A stretch of DNA of 32,000 nt, taken from NCBI RefSeq assembly GCF_041906375.1, contig NZ_JAYRJJ010000009.1, positions 12,706-44,705 on the forward strand, written 5' to 3'. Both the position numbers and the translations under genes were made by a program. The stretch comes from Dongia sp. GTDB lineage: Bacteria; Pseudomonadota; Alphaproteobacteria; Dongiales; Dongiaceae. Below the pieces are notes generated by a model, which was not told the DNA's origin, ran no database searches, and was given only the letters and a program-made list of their open reading frames with translations. This document shows, in pieces, positions 1 through 9,775 of the stretch (position 1 is the stretch's first letter; each line of letters begins with the position of its first letter).

Positions 1-505
1 TTACATGGCGGTTAAAGGGACGCTTTTCGCCCAAAAATTCGTGCGTATATTGCCGTGAAGCACAAACAGTGTCTCCGGCTCTTTGATCTGTATTTTGATC
101 GAATAGTGTGAGCTTTTTACTATTTTTTTAGGAGGCGGGAATATTTTTTCGTATCTCTGCGGTTTGTATAGGCAAACTTGCTACCAAACATTTGTGATGA
201 CATCACTATAGTGATATTTATATAGATTAATTTTAATTTCTCTGGAAATCGCTACTCAAGATGTAGCGCAATCAAAGGCCCTCGATCCTATATGTATATC
301 GGGGTTCAGCAGCAATCTGAAACATATTAATTCTACCTTCACGTGTAGTATCGCAGATCCTTTGCGGCTGCCGAAGATGACATGTCCAAGGGATCTCCTC
401 AGCCACTTGGATTGTCTTGTTTGGGCGGCGCGTAAACTGCGCTAAAGGGTGGCCCATGCACCGGACCTTGGATAAGGGCCGGGCCATCAGGGAGTAAGGT
501 CGATC

Positions 506-1051
506 ATGGCCGACGAACTCGGCTACAACGCCCAGGACGAAGACGATGACGAACCGTCAGCGATTCCGGCGGGCGCCAAGAACTACATCACGCCCGCGGG
601 CCTTGAACGGCTGCAGGCCGAGCGGCGCCAGCTGTGGCGCGTCGAGCGGCCCGAGATCGTGCGCGTCGTCGAATGGGCGGCCGGCAATGGCGATCGCTCG
701 GAGAACGGTGATTACATCTATGGCAAGCGGCGGCTGCGGGAGATCGACCGGCGACTGCGCTTCCTCGACAAACGCATCGCTGCGGCCGAGTCGGTCGACC
801 CTGCCCGGCAAACCCGACGCGACCGGGTTTTCTTCGGCGCCACAGTCACTTACGCGCGTGAGGATGAGACGGAAGTCACCGTCACCATCGTCGGCATCGA
901 CGAAATCGACAGCGAAAAGAACCATGTGAGCTGGATATCGCCGGTGGCGCGCGCCCTGCTCAAGGCCGGGGTGGGCGATACGGTCACTCTGCGCACGCCC
1001 ACCGGACCGGAAACGCTCGAAATCCTGTCGATCAGCTACCCGGCCGGCTGA
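506..1051 (+). CDS. greB: Transcript-cleavage factor GreB (GreA/GreB family)
   Basis: 181-aa ORF. The N-terminal coiled-coil part ('NYITPAGLERLQAERRQLW..RPEIVRVVEWAAGNGDRSENGDYIYGKRRLREIDRRLRFL') and the C-terminal globular part ('VFFGATVTY..VTIVGIDEID..ISWISPVARALLKAGVGDTVTLRTP') fit the Gre-factor signature. The ATG is preceded by GGGAGTAAGG. Confidence 0.85.
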   Translation: MADELGYNAQDEDDDEPSAIPAGAKNYITPAGLERLQAERRQLWRVERPEIVRVVEWAAGNGDRSENGDYIYGKRRLREIDRRLRFLDKRIAAAESVDPARQTRRDRVFFGATVTYAREDETEVTVTIVGIDEIDSEKNHVSWISPVARALLKAGVGDTVTLRTPTGPETLEILSISYPAG

Positions 1052-1825
1052 TCAGACCCAGCCGCCATCGACGGTGAATTCCTGGGCCGAGCACATCCTG
1101 GAATCGTCGGAGGCCAGGAACAGCACCATGCGCGCAAGGTCGACCGGCATGACGCGGCCGGCCAGCACCTGCTGACGGTCGATCTCCTTCTCGGCCTCGG
1201 CATCGACCCACAAAGTAAGCTGCCGCTCGGTCATCACCCAGCCGGGGATGACGGTGTTGACGCGGATATTGTCCTTGCCGACATCGCGCGCCATACCGCG
1301 CGTCAAGCCATGGGTCGCGGCCTTCGATGTGGTGTAGGCCGGCATCCCGCCCTGCTTGGCTTTCCAGCTCATCGAACCGGTATTGATGATGGAACCGGCC
1401 TTTTTCCTGATCATGCCCGGCAGCACCGCCTGCATGCAGAAGAAGTATTGCTTGATGTTGATGGCGGTGCGGTTATCCCAATACTCCGGCGTCACGTCTT
1501 CCCATTTGTGGCGCTGGTCATGGGCCGCGTTGTTCACCAGGACATCGATATCGCCGAGTGCCGCCGCGATATCCTTCACCGCCTGGCGCAGGGCGCCGGT
1601 ATCGGTGAGGTCGCATTTTATGAACAGAGGCTTTCGACCGTACTGCGCCTGCATTTGGTCGAGCAGCTTGTTGCTGCCCTCGACGTCGAGATCGACGAAG
1701 GCGACTTTGGCGCCTTGATCGACGAAGGATTCAACGATGGCGGCGCCGATGCCGGAACCGCCGCCGGTGACAAACACCACCTTGTCTTTAAGTGACGGAT
1801 AGCGGGCGAGCGAAGAAAGATCCAT
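1052..1825 (-). CDS. Short-chain dehydrogenase/reductase (SDR), probably a sugar or sugar-acid dehydrogenase
   Basis: I trimmed track ORF 1052..2122 to the ATG at 1823-1825 ('MDLSSLARYPSLKDKVVFVTGGGSGIGAAI'). It has the Rossmann TGxxxGIG motif, 'NNAA', catalytic Y-x3-K ('YTTSK') and C-terminal 'FTVDGGW'. The 99 upstream codons are Arg/Pro/Ser-rich and look like a GC artefact. Its stop abuts the greB stop (tga|tca). Confidence 0.85.
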   Translation of the reverse strand: MDLSSLARYPSLKDKVVFVTGGGSGIGAAIVESFVDQGAKVAFVDLDVEGSNKLLDQMQAQYGRKPLFIKCDLTDTGALRQAVKDIAAALGDIDVLVNNAAHDQRHKWEDVTPEYWDNRTAINIKQYFFCMQAVLPGMIRKKAGSIINTGSMSWKAKQGGMPAYTTSKAATHGLTRGMARDVGKDNIRVNTVIPGWVMTERQLTLWVDAEAEKEIDRQQVLAGRVMPVDLARMVLFLASDDSRMCSAQEFTVDGGWV

Positions 1826-1874
1826 GAAATCACCTGTCAGTTCGGAACGAAACAATGGGACATGATATGCGCCG

Positions 1875-2633
1875 TCACGCCTTGGCGGCGCGCGGTCGTT
1901 TCTGAGGACTGCTGGCCACCTGGTCGACGACCCGGGCGGTGTCGCGCAGAAGCTGGCGGACGGCGACCCGCGCTGCATTGGGCTTGCGCCCGCGGATGGC
2001 AGCCAGGATGCGCGCATGCCCCGGCAAGGTCCGGCCGATATCGCCGCGCTGACTGGCCGTATAATTGAACATGCTGCCCAGGGCCGATTCGATGACCAGG
2101 CCGAGCGGCACCAGCAATTCATTGCCGGCGGCGAGCAGGATCGCCTGATGGAACACCACGTCGGCCGTGTTCCAGGCGCTCAACGTCTTTGCGTCCGCCA
2201 TGGCGTTAAAGGCGCTTTCAATCTCGGCCATCTGCTCTTCGGTACGATTGGTGGCGGCGAGTGCCGCCGTCTCCGGCTCCAGGATTTCGCGCACCTGCTG
2301 CATATGCACCAGGAAATGCGTCGGATTTGCCGCGGCGCAATACCAGGTCAGCACGTCCCGGTCGAGCAGGTTCCAGGCGGCCCGTGGCTGCACGCGCGAG
2401 CCGATCTTCGGCCGCGAAAGTATGAGGCCCTTGGCCATCAGCATCTTGATCGCTTCGCGAACGGCCGTGCGGCTGACGCCGAAGGCCTCGCACCACTCCG
2501 CTTCGTTGGGCAATAAGGTTCCTGGGGCAAACTCACCATTCAATATGCGCGCGCCGATATCCTGCGCGACGCTGTGATGCAGACTGCCGCGCTCTGCCCG
2601 TGATTTCGTGGCGGATGGCTTCCTGGCCTTCAT
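1875..2633 (-). CDS. GntR-family transcriptional regulator, FadR subfamily (FCD C-terminal domain)
   Basis: Winged-helix region 'LPNEAEWCEAFGVSRTAVREAIKMLMAKGLILSRPKIGSRV' followed by a helical FCD-like C-terminus. I trimmed the start to the ATG at 2631-2633 ('MKARKPSA'), which has GGGGAGAAG upstream on the minus strand. Confidence 0.85.
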   Translation of the reverse strand: MKARKPSATKSRAERGSLHHSVAQDIGARILNGEFAPGTLLPNEAEWCEAFGVSRTAVREAIKMLMAKGLILSRPKIGSRVQPRAAWNLLDRDVLTWYCAAANPTHFLVHMQQVREILEPETAALAATNRTEEQMAEIESAFNAMADAKTLSAWNTADVVFHQAILLAAGNELLVPLGLVIESALGSMFNYTASQRGDIGRTLPGHARILAAIRGRKPNAARVAVRQLLRDTARVVDQVASSPQKRPRAAKA

Positions 2634-2750
2634 CGTACAGGCTTCTCCCCAATTAATGTCGGGCCTTTTTGCCAACCGGGACCGCATTTCTCAACCCTTG
2701 ATGCGATTCACCTCAAAAAAACCCGCTGCCCCTCCACATGGCGCGATGTA

Positions 2751-2796
2751 TTTATCATACAAACGAGCGTTGCCGGAGAATATTTTGTATGATAAA
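2751..2796. promoter_or_regulatory. Inverted pair of FadR/GntR-type operator-like boxes between the GntR gene and chvE
   Basis: TTTATCATACAAA (2751-2763) and its exact reverse complement TTTGTATGATAAA (2784-2796) are separated by 20 bp. The core TTGTATGATAA is one mismatch from the FadR-subfamily consensus TnGTnnnACnA. Confidence 0.5.
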
Positions 2797-3059
2797 AGCC
2801 GCAGTTCAAGAAGACGATGGCATCCTGCAACAATGAACAGGATGCATATTTCCTCTGGGAGGAGCAGCAATGCAGGGTCGGACCACAGTCCGCTGTGACC
2901 GCTCGTTCGGTGGGTCGACCACCGCATTCAATCCCGGAAGATCACTGTTTTGTGTGACGGTTTAGTCCGAGGCCGGCGCTATCATGCGCCGGCAGGACAG
3001 AAGTGACGCATGACATAAGAAGAGCAAGATCGACCAACAACTGTGATGGGAGGAACGAC

Positions 3060-4145
3060 GTGAAATCATTGAAGACATTCCTGGCGGCCGCCGCCCTCAG
3101 CGTCTTTGCCTTGGGTACGACCCTGGGCACGGCCACGCAGAGCTTTGCCGAGGATAAAGGGCTCATCGGTATTTCGATGCCGACCAAATCCTCTGCGCGC
3201 TGGATCGCCGATGGCGACAACATGGTGAAGGTGTTCACCGAAAAGGGCTACACCACCGACCTGCAATATGCCGATGACGATATCCCCAACCAGCTCGCCC
3301 AGATCGAGAACATGGTGACCAAGGGCGTCAAGGTTCTCGTCATTGCCGCGATCGACGGTACCACCTTGTCGGCCATCCTGCAGCAGGCGCATGACGCCGG
3401 CATCAAGGTCATCGCCTATGACCGCCTGATCCGCGACTCCGCCAATGTCGATTATTACGCCACTTTCGACAATTTCCAGGTCGGCGTGCTGCAAGCGACG
3501 ACGCTGACCGACGCCCTCGGCCTCAAGGATGGCAAGGGTCCCTTCAACATCGAGCTGTTCGGCGGGTCGCCGGACGACAACAACGCCTTCTTCTTCTATG
3601 ACGGCGCCATGTCGGTCCTGCAGCCCTATATCGACAGCGGCAAGCTGGTCGTGCAATCCGGCCAGATGGGCATGGACAAGGTCGGCACCCTGCGTTGGGA
3701 TGGCGCCGTTGCCCAGGCCCGCATGGATAACCTCCTCTCCGCCTACTACACCGACAAGCGTGTCGACGCGGTGCTGTCGCCCTATGACGGCCTCTCGATC
3801 GGCATCCTTTCTTCGCTGAAAGGCGTTGGTTACGGCAGCGGCGACATGAAGATGCCGTTCGTCTCGGGCCAGGACGCCGAAGTGCCGTCGGTGAAATCGA
3901 TCCTCGCCGGCGAGCAGTATTCAACCATCTTCAAGGACACCCGTGAGCTTGCCAAGGTGACCGCCAACATGGTGGACGCGATGGCCAGCGGCAAGGAACC
4001 GGAAGTCAACGACACCAAGACCTACAACAATGGGGTCAAGGTCGTTCCGGCCTATCTGCTGAAGCCGGTTGCGGTCGATGCCAAAAATTGGGAGGAAATC
4101 CTGATCGGCAGCGGCTATTACACCAAGGACCAGATCACCCAGTAA
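3060..4145 (+). CDS. chvE: Periplasmic multiple-monosaccharide-binding protein ChvE
   Basis: Near-colinear match from memory to Agrobacterium tumefaciens ChvE. Shared blocks include '[13 protein letters not shown]', '[30 protein letters not shown]', '[14 protein letters not shown]', '[26 protein letters not shown]' and '[33 protein letters not shown]'. I chose the GTG at 3060 ('[19 protein letters not shown]' signal peptide), which lies after GGGAGGA. The track ATG at 3003 would add a non-signal leader. Confidence 0.9.
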   Translation: MKSLKTFLAAAALSVFALGTTLGTATQSFAEDKGLIGISMPTKSSARWIADGDNMVKVFTEKGYTTDLQYADDDIPNQLAQIENMVTKGVKVLVIAAIDGTTLSAILQQAHDAGIKVIAYDRLIRDSANVDYYATFDNFQVGVLQATTLTDALGLKDGKGPFNIELFGGSPDDNNAFFFYDGAMSVLQPYIDSGKLVVQSGQMGMDKVGTLRWDGAVAQARMDNLLSAYYTDKRVDAVLSPYDGLSIGILSSLKGVGYGSGDMKMPFVSGQDAEVPSVKSILAGEQYSTIFKDTRELAKVTANMVDAMASGKEPEVNDTKTYNNGVKVVPAYLLKPVAVDAKNWEEILIGSGYYTKDQITQ

Positions 4146-4188
4146 CCGGTCTACCGGAACGGATGGGCCTCGCGCCGGCAGCCGCGGG

Positions 4189-4218
4189 GCCCATTCTGCT
4201 TCCACCCATTCTGCTTCC
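4189..4218. repeat. 15-bp perfect tandem duplication (CCCATTCTGCTTCCA x2) in the chvE-gguA spacer
   Basis: Read directly: 4189-4203 is identical to 4204-4218. Confidence 0.9.
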
Positions 4219-4270
4219 ACTGGGTCAGCTTTCGGATATTTGGCCGGGGCTGGACACCAGGCGTAATAGG

Positions 4271-4298
4271 GCCGACCAAGTTTTGGCCGGCTTTTTTT
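4271..4298 (+). terminator. Rho-independent terminator/attenuator candidate downstream of chvE
   Basis: Stem GCCGACCAA / TTGGCCGGC with one A.C mismatch and a 3-nt loop, followed by a run of seven T (4292-4298). Confidence 0.6.
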
Positions 4299-4362
4299 GT
4301 TCCCCGGAAGGCTGCTTTCCTGCAATCTGTTTGCGGTTCCGGGCTGAGTTCAAGGACGCGTC

Positions 4363-5907
4363 ATGGACACCATTCTCTCGATGCCCATTCTGGAAATGCG
4401 CGGGATCGTCAAGACCTTTCCCGGCGTCAATGCGCTCGACAACGTCAATCTGACCGTCCGCGAGGGCGAAATTCACGCCATCGTCGGCGAAAACGGCGCC
4501 GGCAAATCGACGTTGATGAAGGTGCTTTCCGGCGTCTATCCGCATGGCAGCTATTCCGGCGAGATCCATTACAAGGGCGAAGAGCGCCGCTTCCGCGACA
4601 TCTCCGACAGCGAGAAGCTCGGCATCATCATCATCCACCAGGAGCTGGCCCTGGTGCCCCTACTCTCAATCGCCGAAAACATCTTCCTCGGCAACGAGCC
4701 GGCGAAGAACGGCATCATCAATTGGGGCGAGTCCTTCGCGCGCACGCAGGCGCTGCTGAAAAAGGTCGGCCTCAAGGAATCACCCAGCGCCCTCATCACC
4801 AATCTGGGTGTCGGCAAGCAGCAATTGGTCGAGATCGCCAAGGCGCTCTCCAAGGAAGTGAAGCTGCTCATCCTCGACGAACCGACAGCCAGCCTCAATG
4901 AAAGCGACAGCGACGCGTTGCTGAACCTGCTGATGGAGTTCCGCCAGCACGGTATTTCCTCGATCCTCATTTCCCACAAGCTCAACGAAATCCTGAAGGT
5001 CGCCGATTCCATCACCATCCTGCGCGATGGCGCCACCGTCGACACGCTGGATTGCCACAAGGAAAAGATCGACGAGGACCGCATCATCCGCGCCATGGTG
5101 GGTCGCGAACTCACCGACCGTTATCCCAAACGCACCCCCAAGATCGGCGAACCGATTTTCGAGGTGAAGAACTGGCATGTCTTCGACGCCGTCCATGCCA
5201 ATAAGGAAAAGATCCGCGGCATCGACATGCATGTCCGCAAGGGCGAAGTCGTCGGTATCGCCGGCCTGATGGGTGCGGGACGCACGGAACTGGCCATGAG
5301 CATCTTCGGCCGATCCTACGGCCAGAACATCAGCGGCGACGTGTTGATGCACGGCAAGCCGGTCGATGTCAGCACGATCCAGAAGGCGATGAAGAACGGC
5401 ATCGCCTATGTGACCGAGGACCGCAAGCATTACGGCCTCATCCTCATCGACGACATCAAGCGCAACGTGACACTGGCCAATCTGCCGGGCGTCTCCACCA
5501 ATGCCATCATCGACGATGGGCGCGAGCTGGCGGTCGCCAACAAATTCCGCCGCGACCTCAACATCCGCTGTTCCAGCGTCTTCCAGCAGACCGTCAACCT
5601 CTCCGGCGGCAACCAGCAGAAGGTGGTGTTGAGCAAATGGCTCTTCACCGAGCCCGAGATCCTCATTCTTGACGAGCCCACGCGCGGCATCGACGTGGGG
5701 GCCAAATACGAGATCTATTCGATCATCAACGGCCTGGCCGATGCCGGCAAGGGCGTCATCGTGATTTCGTCCGAGATGCCGGAACTGCTCGGCATTTCCG
5801 ACCGCATCTACGTGATGAATGAGGGCCGCATGGTCGGTGAGATGCCGGCCAAGGAAGCCTCACAGGAAAAGATCATGCGAGCAATCATGAAGTCATGGGA
5901 AGATTAA
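4363..5907 (+). CDS. gguA: Sugar ABC transporter ATP-binding protein with two fused NBDs (GguA/MmsA-like)
   Basis: NBD1 has 'GENGAGKST', 'LGVGKQQ' and 'LILDEPT'. NBD2 has 'GLMGAGRTE', 'LSGGNQQK' and '[11 protein letters not shown]'. The gene lies immediately after chvE, as in Agrobacterium. Confidence 0.9.
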   Translation: MDTILSMPILEMRGIVKTFPGVNALDNVNLTVREGEIHAIVGENGAGKSTLMKVLSGVYPHGSYSGEIHYKGEERRFRDISDSEKLGIIIIHQELALVPLLSIAENIFLGNEPAKNGIINWGESFARTQALLKKVGLKESPSALITNLGVGKQQLVEIAKALSKEVKLLILDEPTASLNESDSDALLNLLMEFRQHGISSILISHKLNEILKVADSITILRDGATVDTLDCHKEKIDEDRIIRAMVGRELTDRYPKRTPKIGEPIFEVKNWHVFDAVHANKEKIRGIDMHVRKGEVVGIAGLMGAGRTELAMSIFGRSYGQNISGDVLMHGKPVDVSTIQKAMKNGIAYVTEDRKHYGLILIDDIKRNVTLANLPGVSTNAIIDDGRELAVANKFRRDLNIRCSSVFQQTVNLSGGNQQKVVLSKWLFTEPEILILDEPTRGIDVGAKYEIYSIINGLADAGKGVIVISSEMPELLGISDRIYVMNEGRMVGEMPAKEASQEKIMRAIMKSWED

Positions 5908-5908
5908 T

Positions 5909-7105
5909 ATGACACAGCAGGCCCTCCCGGTCGAAGACACCGGCAGTCACAGCAGCGTTTCGCGTTTCATCAAAAGCAATATCCGCGAATACGGCATGCT
6001 GTTGTCCCTGATCGTGATCATGGTCTTCTTCCAGGTCATGACCAGCGGCACGCTGTTCAAGCCCGTGAACCTCACCAACCTCATCCTGCAGAACAGCTAC
6101 ATCGTCATCATGGCGCTGGGCATGCTGCTGGTGATCGTGTCCGGCAATATCGACCTGTCGGTGGGTTCCGTGGTGGGCTTCGTCGGCGCCGTCGCCGCCG
6201 TGCTGATGGTGCAACACCATATTCACTTCATTCCGGCGGCGATATTCTGCCTGGTGCTGGGTGCCGCGATCGGTGCCGGGCAAGGTTATTTCATCGCCTA
6301 TCTCAAGATACCATCCTTTATCGTGACCCTCGCTGGCATGCTCGTCTTCAAAGGGCTGGCGCTCTATATCCTGGCTGGCCAGTCGGTCGGCCCCTTCCCC
6401 AAGGAATTCCAGCTGCTGAGCACCGGTTTCCTGCCGAACCTGCTGCCGGGGACGTTCAACACCACCTCTCTGTTGCTCGGGATCGTCGTTACCGCCCTGG
6501 TCATCTATTTCAATTTCCGCGACCGGCAGAACCAGCAGAAGCATGACACGGCCGAGGAACCGACCGTGTTCTTCATCGGCCGCAATATCCTCATTGCCGC
6601 AGGCTTCCTGCTCTTTTCCTACCTGCTGGCTTCCTATCGCGGCCTGCCGAACGTGCTCATCGTCATGTTCGCGCTCATCGTGCTCTATGCTTTTGTCACC
6701 TCCAGCACGACCATCGGCCGCCGCATCTATGCACTTGGCGGCAACGAGAAGGCGGCGCGCCTCTCCGGCATCCGCACCGAGCGGCTGACCTTCTACACCT
6801 TCATGAATATGGGCCTGCTGGCAGGTCTCGCCGGCCTCATCTTTGCCGCACGCCTCAACACGGCGACGCCGAAGGCCGGCCTCGGCTTCGAGCTCGACGT
6901 CATCGCCGCCGTCTTCATCGGCGGCGCCTCGGCCTCGGGCGGTGTGGGCAAGGTCATCGGCGCCGTGATCGGCGCCTTCATCATGGGCGTCATGAACAAC
7001 GGCATGTCGATCCTTGGCATCGGCATCGACCTGCAGCAGGTCATCAAGGGCCTGGTGCTGCTCGCCGCCGTCTGCATCGACGTCTACTACAAGAAGAAAT
7101 CCTGA
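5909..7105 (+). CDS. gguB: Sugar ABC transporter permease (GguB/MmsB-like, XylH/RbsC family)
   Basis: 398-aa polytopic hydrophobic protein with 'GNIDLSVGS' and 'IYALGGNEKAARLSGI' motifs. Its ATG lies 1 nt after the gguA stop. Confidence 0.9.
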   Translation: MTQQALPVEDTGSHSSVSRFIKSNIREYGMLLSLIVIMVFFQVMTSGTLFKPVNLTNLILQNSYIVIMALGMLLVIVSGNIDLSVGSVVGFVGAVAAVLMVQHHIHFIPAAIFCLVLGAAIGAGQGYFIAYLKIPSFIVTLAGMLVFKGLALYILAGQSVGPFPKEFQLLSTGFLPNLLPGTFNTTSLLLGIVVTALVIYFNFRDRQNQQKHDTAEEPTVFFIGRNILIAAGFLLFSYLLASYRGLPNVLIVMFALIVLYAFVTSSTTIGRRIYALGGNEKAARLSGIRTERLTFYTFMNMGLLAGLAGLIFAARLNTATPKAGLGFELDVIAAVFIGGASASGGVGKVIGAVIGAFIMGVMNNGMSILGIGIDLQQVIKGLVLLAAVCIDVYYKKKS

Positions 7106-7120
7106 AGAGGTCCCGGTTCA

Positions 7121-8179
7121 ATGCGTCTTATCCAGTTCACCAAGAACGGCCAGCGCGGCGTCGCGCGCATCGAAGGCAACAAGGCGATCGCCGTGCCGAA
7201 TGCGGCGAGCGTCATCGATCTCGCCCAATCGGCCCTGATCGGCAATGTCAAGAATCTTGCCAACGACGTGACCAGCCGCGGCGACGGCGAGGTGCTGGAT
7301 TATGCATCCCTGCTCGCGTCGGACAGCGTGCTGGCACCCATCGACCATCCCGATCCCGCCCATTGCCTCGTGACCGGCACCGGCCTCACCCATCTCGGTT
7401 CCGCCGATACGCGTGACAAAATGCATCAGAAGGTCGCTGGCGACATCGAGAGCCTGACCGATTCCATGAAGATGTTCAAAATGCATCAGAAGGTCGCTGG
7501 CGACATCGAGAGCCTGACCGATTCCATGAAGATGTTCAAAATGGGCCTCGAGGGCGGCAAGCCTAAAGACAGCAAGCCCGGCGTACAGCCCGAATGGTTC
7601 TACAAGGGCGACGGTTCGTCCGTCGTGCGGCCGGGTGCTGCACTCGATCTGCCGGCTTTTGCGCTGGATGGCGGCGAGGAGCCGGAAGTGGCCGGCATCT
7701 ATCTCATCGCCCCGGACGGCAAGCCCTGGCGCCTCGGCTTTGCCATCGGCAACGAATATTCCGACCATGTGATGGAACGGCAGAACTATCTCTATCTCGC
7801 GCATTCGAAGCTGCGCGCCTGCGCCATCGGACCGGAACTGCGGCTGGGCGATCTTCCGGAAAGCGTTGAGGGCGAGAGCCGCATCTGGCGGAACGGCAGC
7901 CTGCTGTGGAAGAAGGCCTTCGTCAGCGGCGAGAAGAACATGTCGCACACGATCGGCAACCTCGAATATCACCATTTCAAATACCGCCAGTTCCGCCGCC
8001 CGGGCGATCTCCATATCCACTTCTTCGGTACAGCGACGCTGAGCGTCGGTGACGGCATCCAGACCCAGCCCGGCGATGTGTTCGAGATCGAGGCGCCAGC
8101 TTTCGGCGCGGCTTTGCGCAACCCGCTCGGCTCACGCGCCAATGAGGAGTTCGAGCTCGGCGGCGTCGGCTCTCTTTGA
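7121..8179 (+). CDS. gguC: GguC/AraD1-like protein (fumarylacetoacetate-hydrolase-superfamily-like) carrying an internal 20-aa tandem duplication
   Basis: Third gene after gguAB, as in the A. tumefaciens chvE-gguABC operon. It has GAAGAGG upstream. The product assignment rests on synteny and a remembered FAH-fold prediction for GguC. The protein contains 'MHQKVAGDIESLTDSMKMFK' twice in tandem. Confidence 0.7.
   Translation: MRLIQFTKNGQRGVARIEGNKAIAVPNAASVIDLAQSALIGNVKNLANDVTSRGDGEVLDYASLLASDSVLAPIDHPDPAHCLVTGTGLTHLGSADTRDKMHQKVAGDIESLTDSMKMFKMHQKVAGDIESLTDSMKMFKMGLEGGKPKDSKPGVQPEWFYKGDGSSVVRPGAALDLPAFALDGGEEPEVAGIYLIAPDGKPWRLGFAIGNEYSDHVMERQNYLYLAHSKLRACAIGPELRLGDLPESVEGESRIWRNGSLLWKKAFVSGEKNMSHTIGNLEYHHFKYRQFRRPGDLHIHFFGTATLSVGDGIQTQPGDVFEIEAPAFGAALRNPLGSRANEEFELGGVGSL
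7421..7540. repeat. Perfect 60-bp x2 direct tandem duplication inside gguC, in frame
   Basis: 7421-7480 and 7481-7540 are identical at all 60 positions, read directly from the sequence lines. Confidence 0.97.
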
Positions 8180-9129
8180 CGCCGATGCGGGATCCTATCG
8201 CCTGCATCGCCATCGATTGGGGCACCAGCAACCGCCGGGCCTGGGCCCTGGGCATTGATGGGCGGATGGTCGCCGCACGCAACGACGATCAAGGTCTGCT
8301 GGCGATTGCCGAGCGCGACTTTGCCGGGTCGCTGCGAAGGTTCGCCGGCGATTGGCTGGACGGCCGCCCGCCGATCATCATGGCCGGCATGATCGGCAGC
8401 CGCGCCGGCTGGCGCGAGGTGCCCTATCTCGAGACACCGGCCGATCTCATGACGCTCGGCCGGCAGCTGATGCCGATCGAAGGTTTTGACGGTCTCCGCG
8501 TGCGGATCGTCCCTGGTGTCGCGCGGGTCGCCGGGGACAGCGCCGATGTCATGCGCGGCGAGGAATGCCAGATGCTGGGCGCGATGCTCACGCGCGGACA
8601 GCGTGACGGCATCTTCCTGCTGCCCGGCACCCATGCCAAATGGGCGCTTTTGAAAGATGGCGCGTTAGTCGATTTCCGCACCTATATGACGGGTGAACTT
8701 TACGGGCTACTGCGTCACAACGGGTCGCTGGCGCAGGTGATGCCGCCCAAGGGAGAGGCGGAAATCTTCGACGCCGATGCCTTCGATCGCGGCCTCGCGC
8801 GGGCCCTTGAAGGCGACGGCATCACGCATCTGCTGTTCAGCGTGCGCAGCCTATCGCTCTTTGCAAAGCTCCAGCCGGCAACAGCGCCGAGCTATCTGTC
8901 GGGCCTGCTGGTCGGTGCCGAGATGAGGGACGCCCTTGCCTGGCTGCAGGACCAAGGCGCCGGCAAGCGCATTACGGCGATCGGCTCGGCCAGGCTGCTG
9001 GAAACCTATGACCGTGCCGCCTCGCATTGCGGCATCACGCTTGATCGGCTGGAAAGCGACGACATTCTGCCGCCGGCCCTCTTTGCCATCGCGCAAGGCG
9101 CCGGGCTGGTTGCCAAAACAGCAGCCTGA
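8176..9129 (+). CDS. dgoK: 2-dehydro-3-deoxygalactonokinase
   Basis: 'IAIDWGTSNRRAW' N-terminal sugar-kinase motif, 'GMIGSRAGWREVPY', 'VMRGEE' and 'LPGTHAKW'. The track start is the TTG at 8176, which overlaps the gguC stop. An in-frame ATG at 8185 is equally plausible. Confidence 0.85.
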   Translation: MTPMRDPIACIAIDWGTSNRRAWALGIDGRMVAARNDDQGLLAIAERDFAGSLRRFAGDWLDGRPPIIMAGMIGSRAGWREVPYLETPADLMTLGRQLMPIEGFDGLRVRIVPGVARVAGDSADVMRGEECQMLGAMLTRGQRDGIFLLPGTHAKWALLKDGALVDFRTYMTGELYGLLRHNGSLAQVMPPKGEAEIFDADAFDRGLARALEGDGITHLLFSVRSLSLFAKLQPATAPSYLSGLLVGAEMRDALAWLQDQGAGKRITAIGSARLLETYDRAASHCGITLDRLESDDILPPALFAIAQGAGLVAKTAA

Positions 9130-9148
9130 GGCTGCGGGAGATTTCTCT

Positions 9149-9775
9149 ATGACCGACCTACGTCCCTGGCTGAAGGATCTGCCGCTCATCGCGATCCTGC
9201 GGGGCATCACGCCCGTGGATGCCGAAGCCGCCATCGACACGCTGGAAGCTGCCGGCTGGCGCGTGGTTGAGGTGCCGCTCAACTCGCCCGACGCGCTGGA
9301 AACCTTGAAGCGCATGGTGAAGCGGGCGGGCGATCGCCTGCTGATCGGCGCCGGCACGGTGCTGAATGTAGCGCAGGTAAACGCCATCGCCGCTGCGGGG
9401 GCCAAGCTGATGGTGGCACCCAATTGCGTGCCAGATGTCATCCGCGCGGCCAAGGCGAAAGGCATGGCGACAGCGCCCGGCGTCGCCACCCCGACCGAAG
9501 CCTTCCAGGCACTCGATGCCGGTGCCGATGCCCTGAAGATGTTTCCCGGCGAAATGCTGCCGCCGGTTGCCGTCAAGGCGTGGCGCGCCGTCCTGCCGCC
9601 GGAAACCCTGCTGCTGCCGGTGGGTGGTGTCGCACCCGACAATATCGCCGCTTACCTCAAGGCCGGCGCCGATGGTTTCGGCATCGGCGGCTCGGTCTAC
9701 AAGCCCGGGATGGCTATTCCGGAATTGGCCGCGCGCGCCAAGGCGCTGGCTGACGCCTTCCGCAACGCCCATTGA
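9149..9775 (+). CDS. dgoA: 2-dehydro-3-deoxy-6-phosphogalactonate aldolase
   Basis: I trimmed track ORF 8936..9775 to the ATG at 9149 ('MTDLRPWLKDLPLIAILRGITP'), which follows GGGAG. KDPG/KDPGal-aldolase motifs 'VEVPLNSP', 'IGAGTV' and 'KMFPGE' are present. It follows dgoK. Confidence 0.85.
   Translation: MTDLRPWLKDLPLIAILRGITPVDAEAAIDTLEAAGWRVVEVPLNSPDALETLKRMVKRAGDRLLIGAGTVLNVAQVNAIAAAGAKLMVAPNCVPDVIRAAKAKGMATAPGVATPTEAFQALDAGADALKMFPGEMLPPVAVKAWRAVLPPETLLLPVGGVAPDNIAAYLKAGADGFGIGGSVYKPGMAIPELAARAKALADAFRNAH

Noticed and set aside
272-487. 71-aa minus-strand ORF in the leader before greB.
   Set aside because: It has no RBS and no recognisable motif, and its composition looks random. It lies in a region better explained as regulatory or non-coding.
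1049-1054. The greB and SDR stop codons abut exactly (TGA|TCA) with zero intergenic bases and no terminator.
   Set aside because: It is real in the sequence, but tight convergent packing is common in compact alphaproteobacterial genomes. I saw nothing further to follow up.
1826-2122. N-terminal extensions offered by the ORF track for several genes. These are 1052..2122, 1875..2687, 3003.., 8936..9775, 12977..13780, 15358.., 18311..19411 and 23851...
   Set aside because: In each case the conserved family N-terminus starts at an internal ATG or GTG that is preceded by a good Shine-Dalgarno sequence. The extra residues are low-complexity or would destroy a signal peptide.
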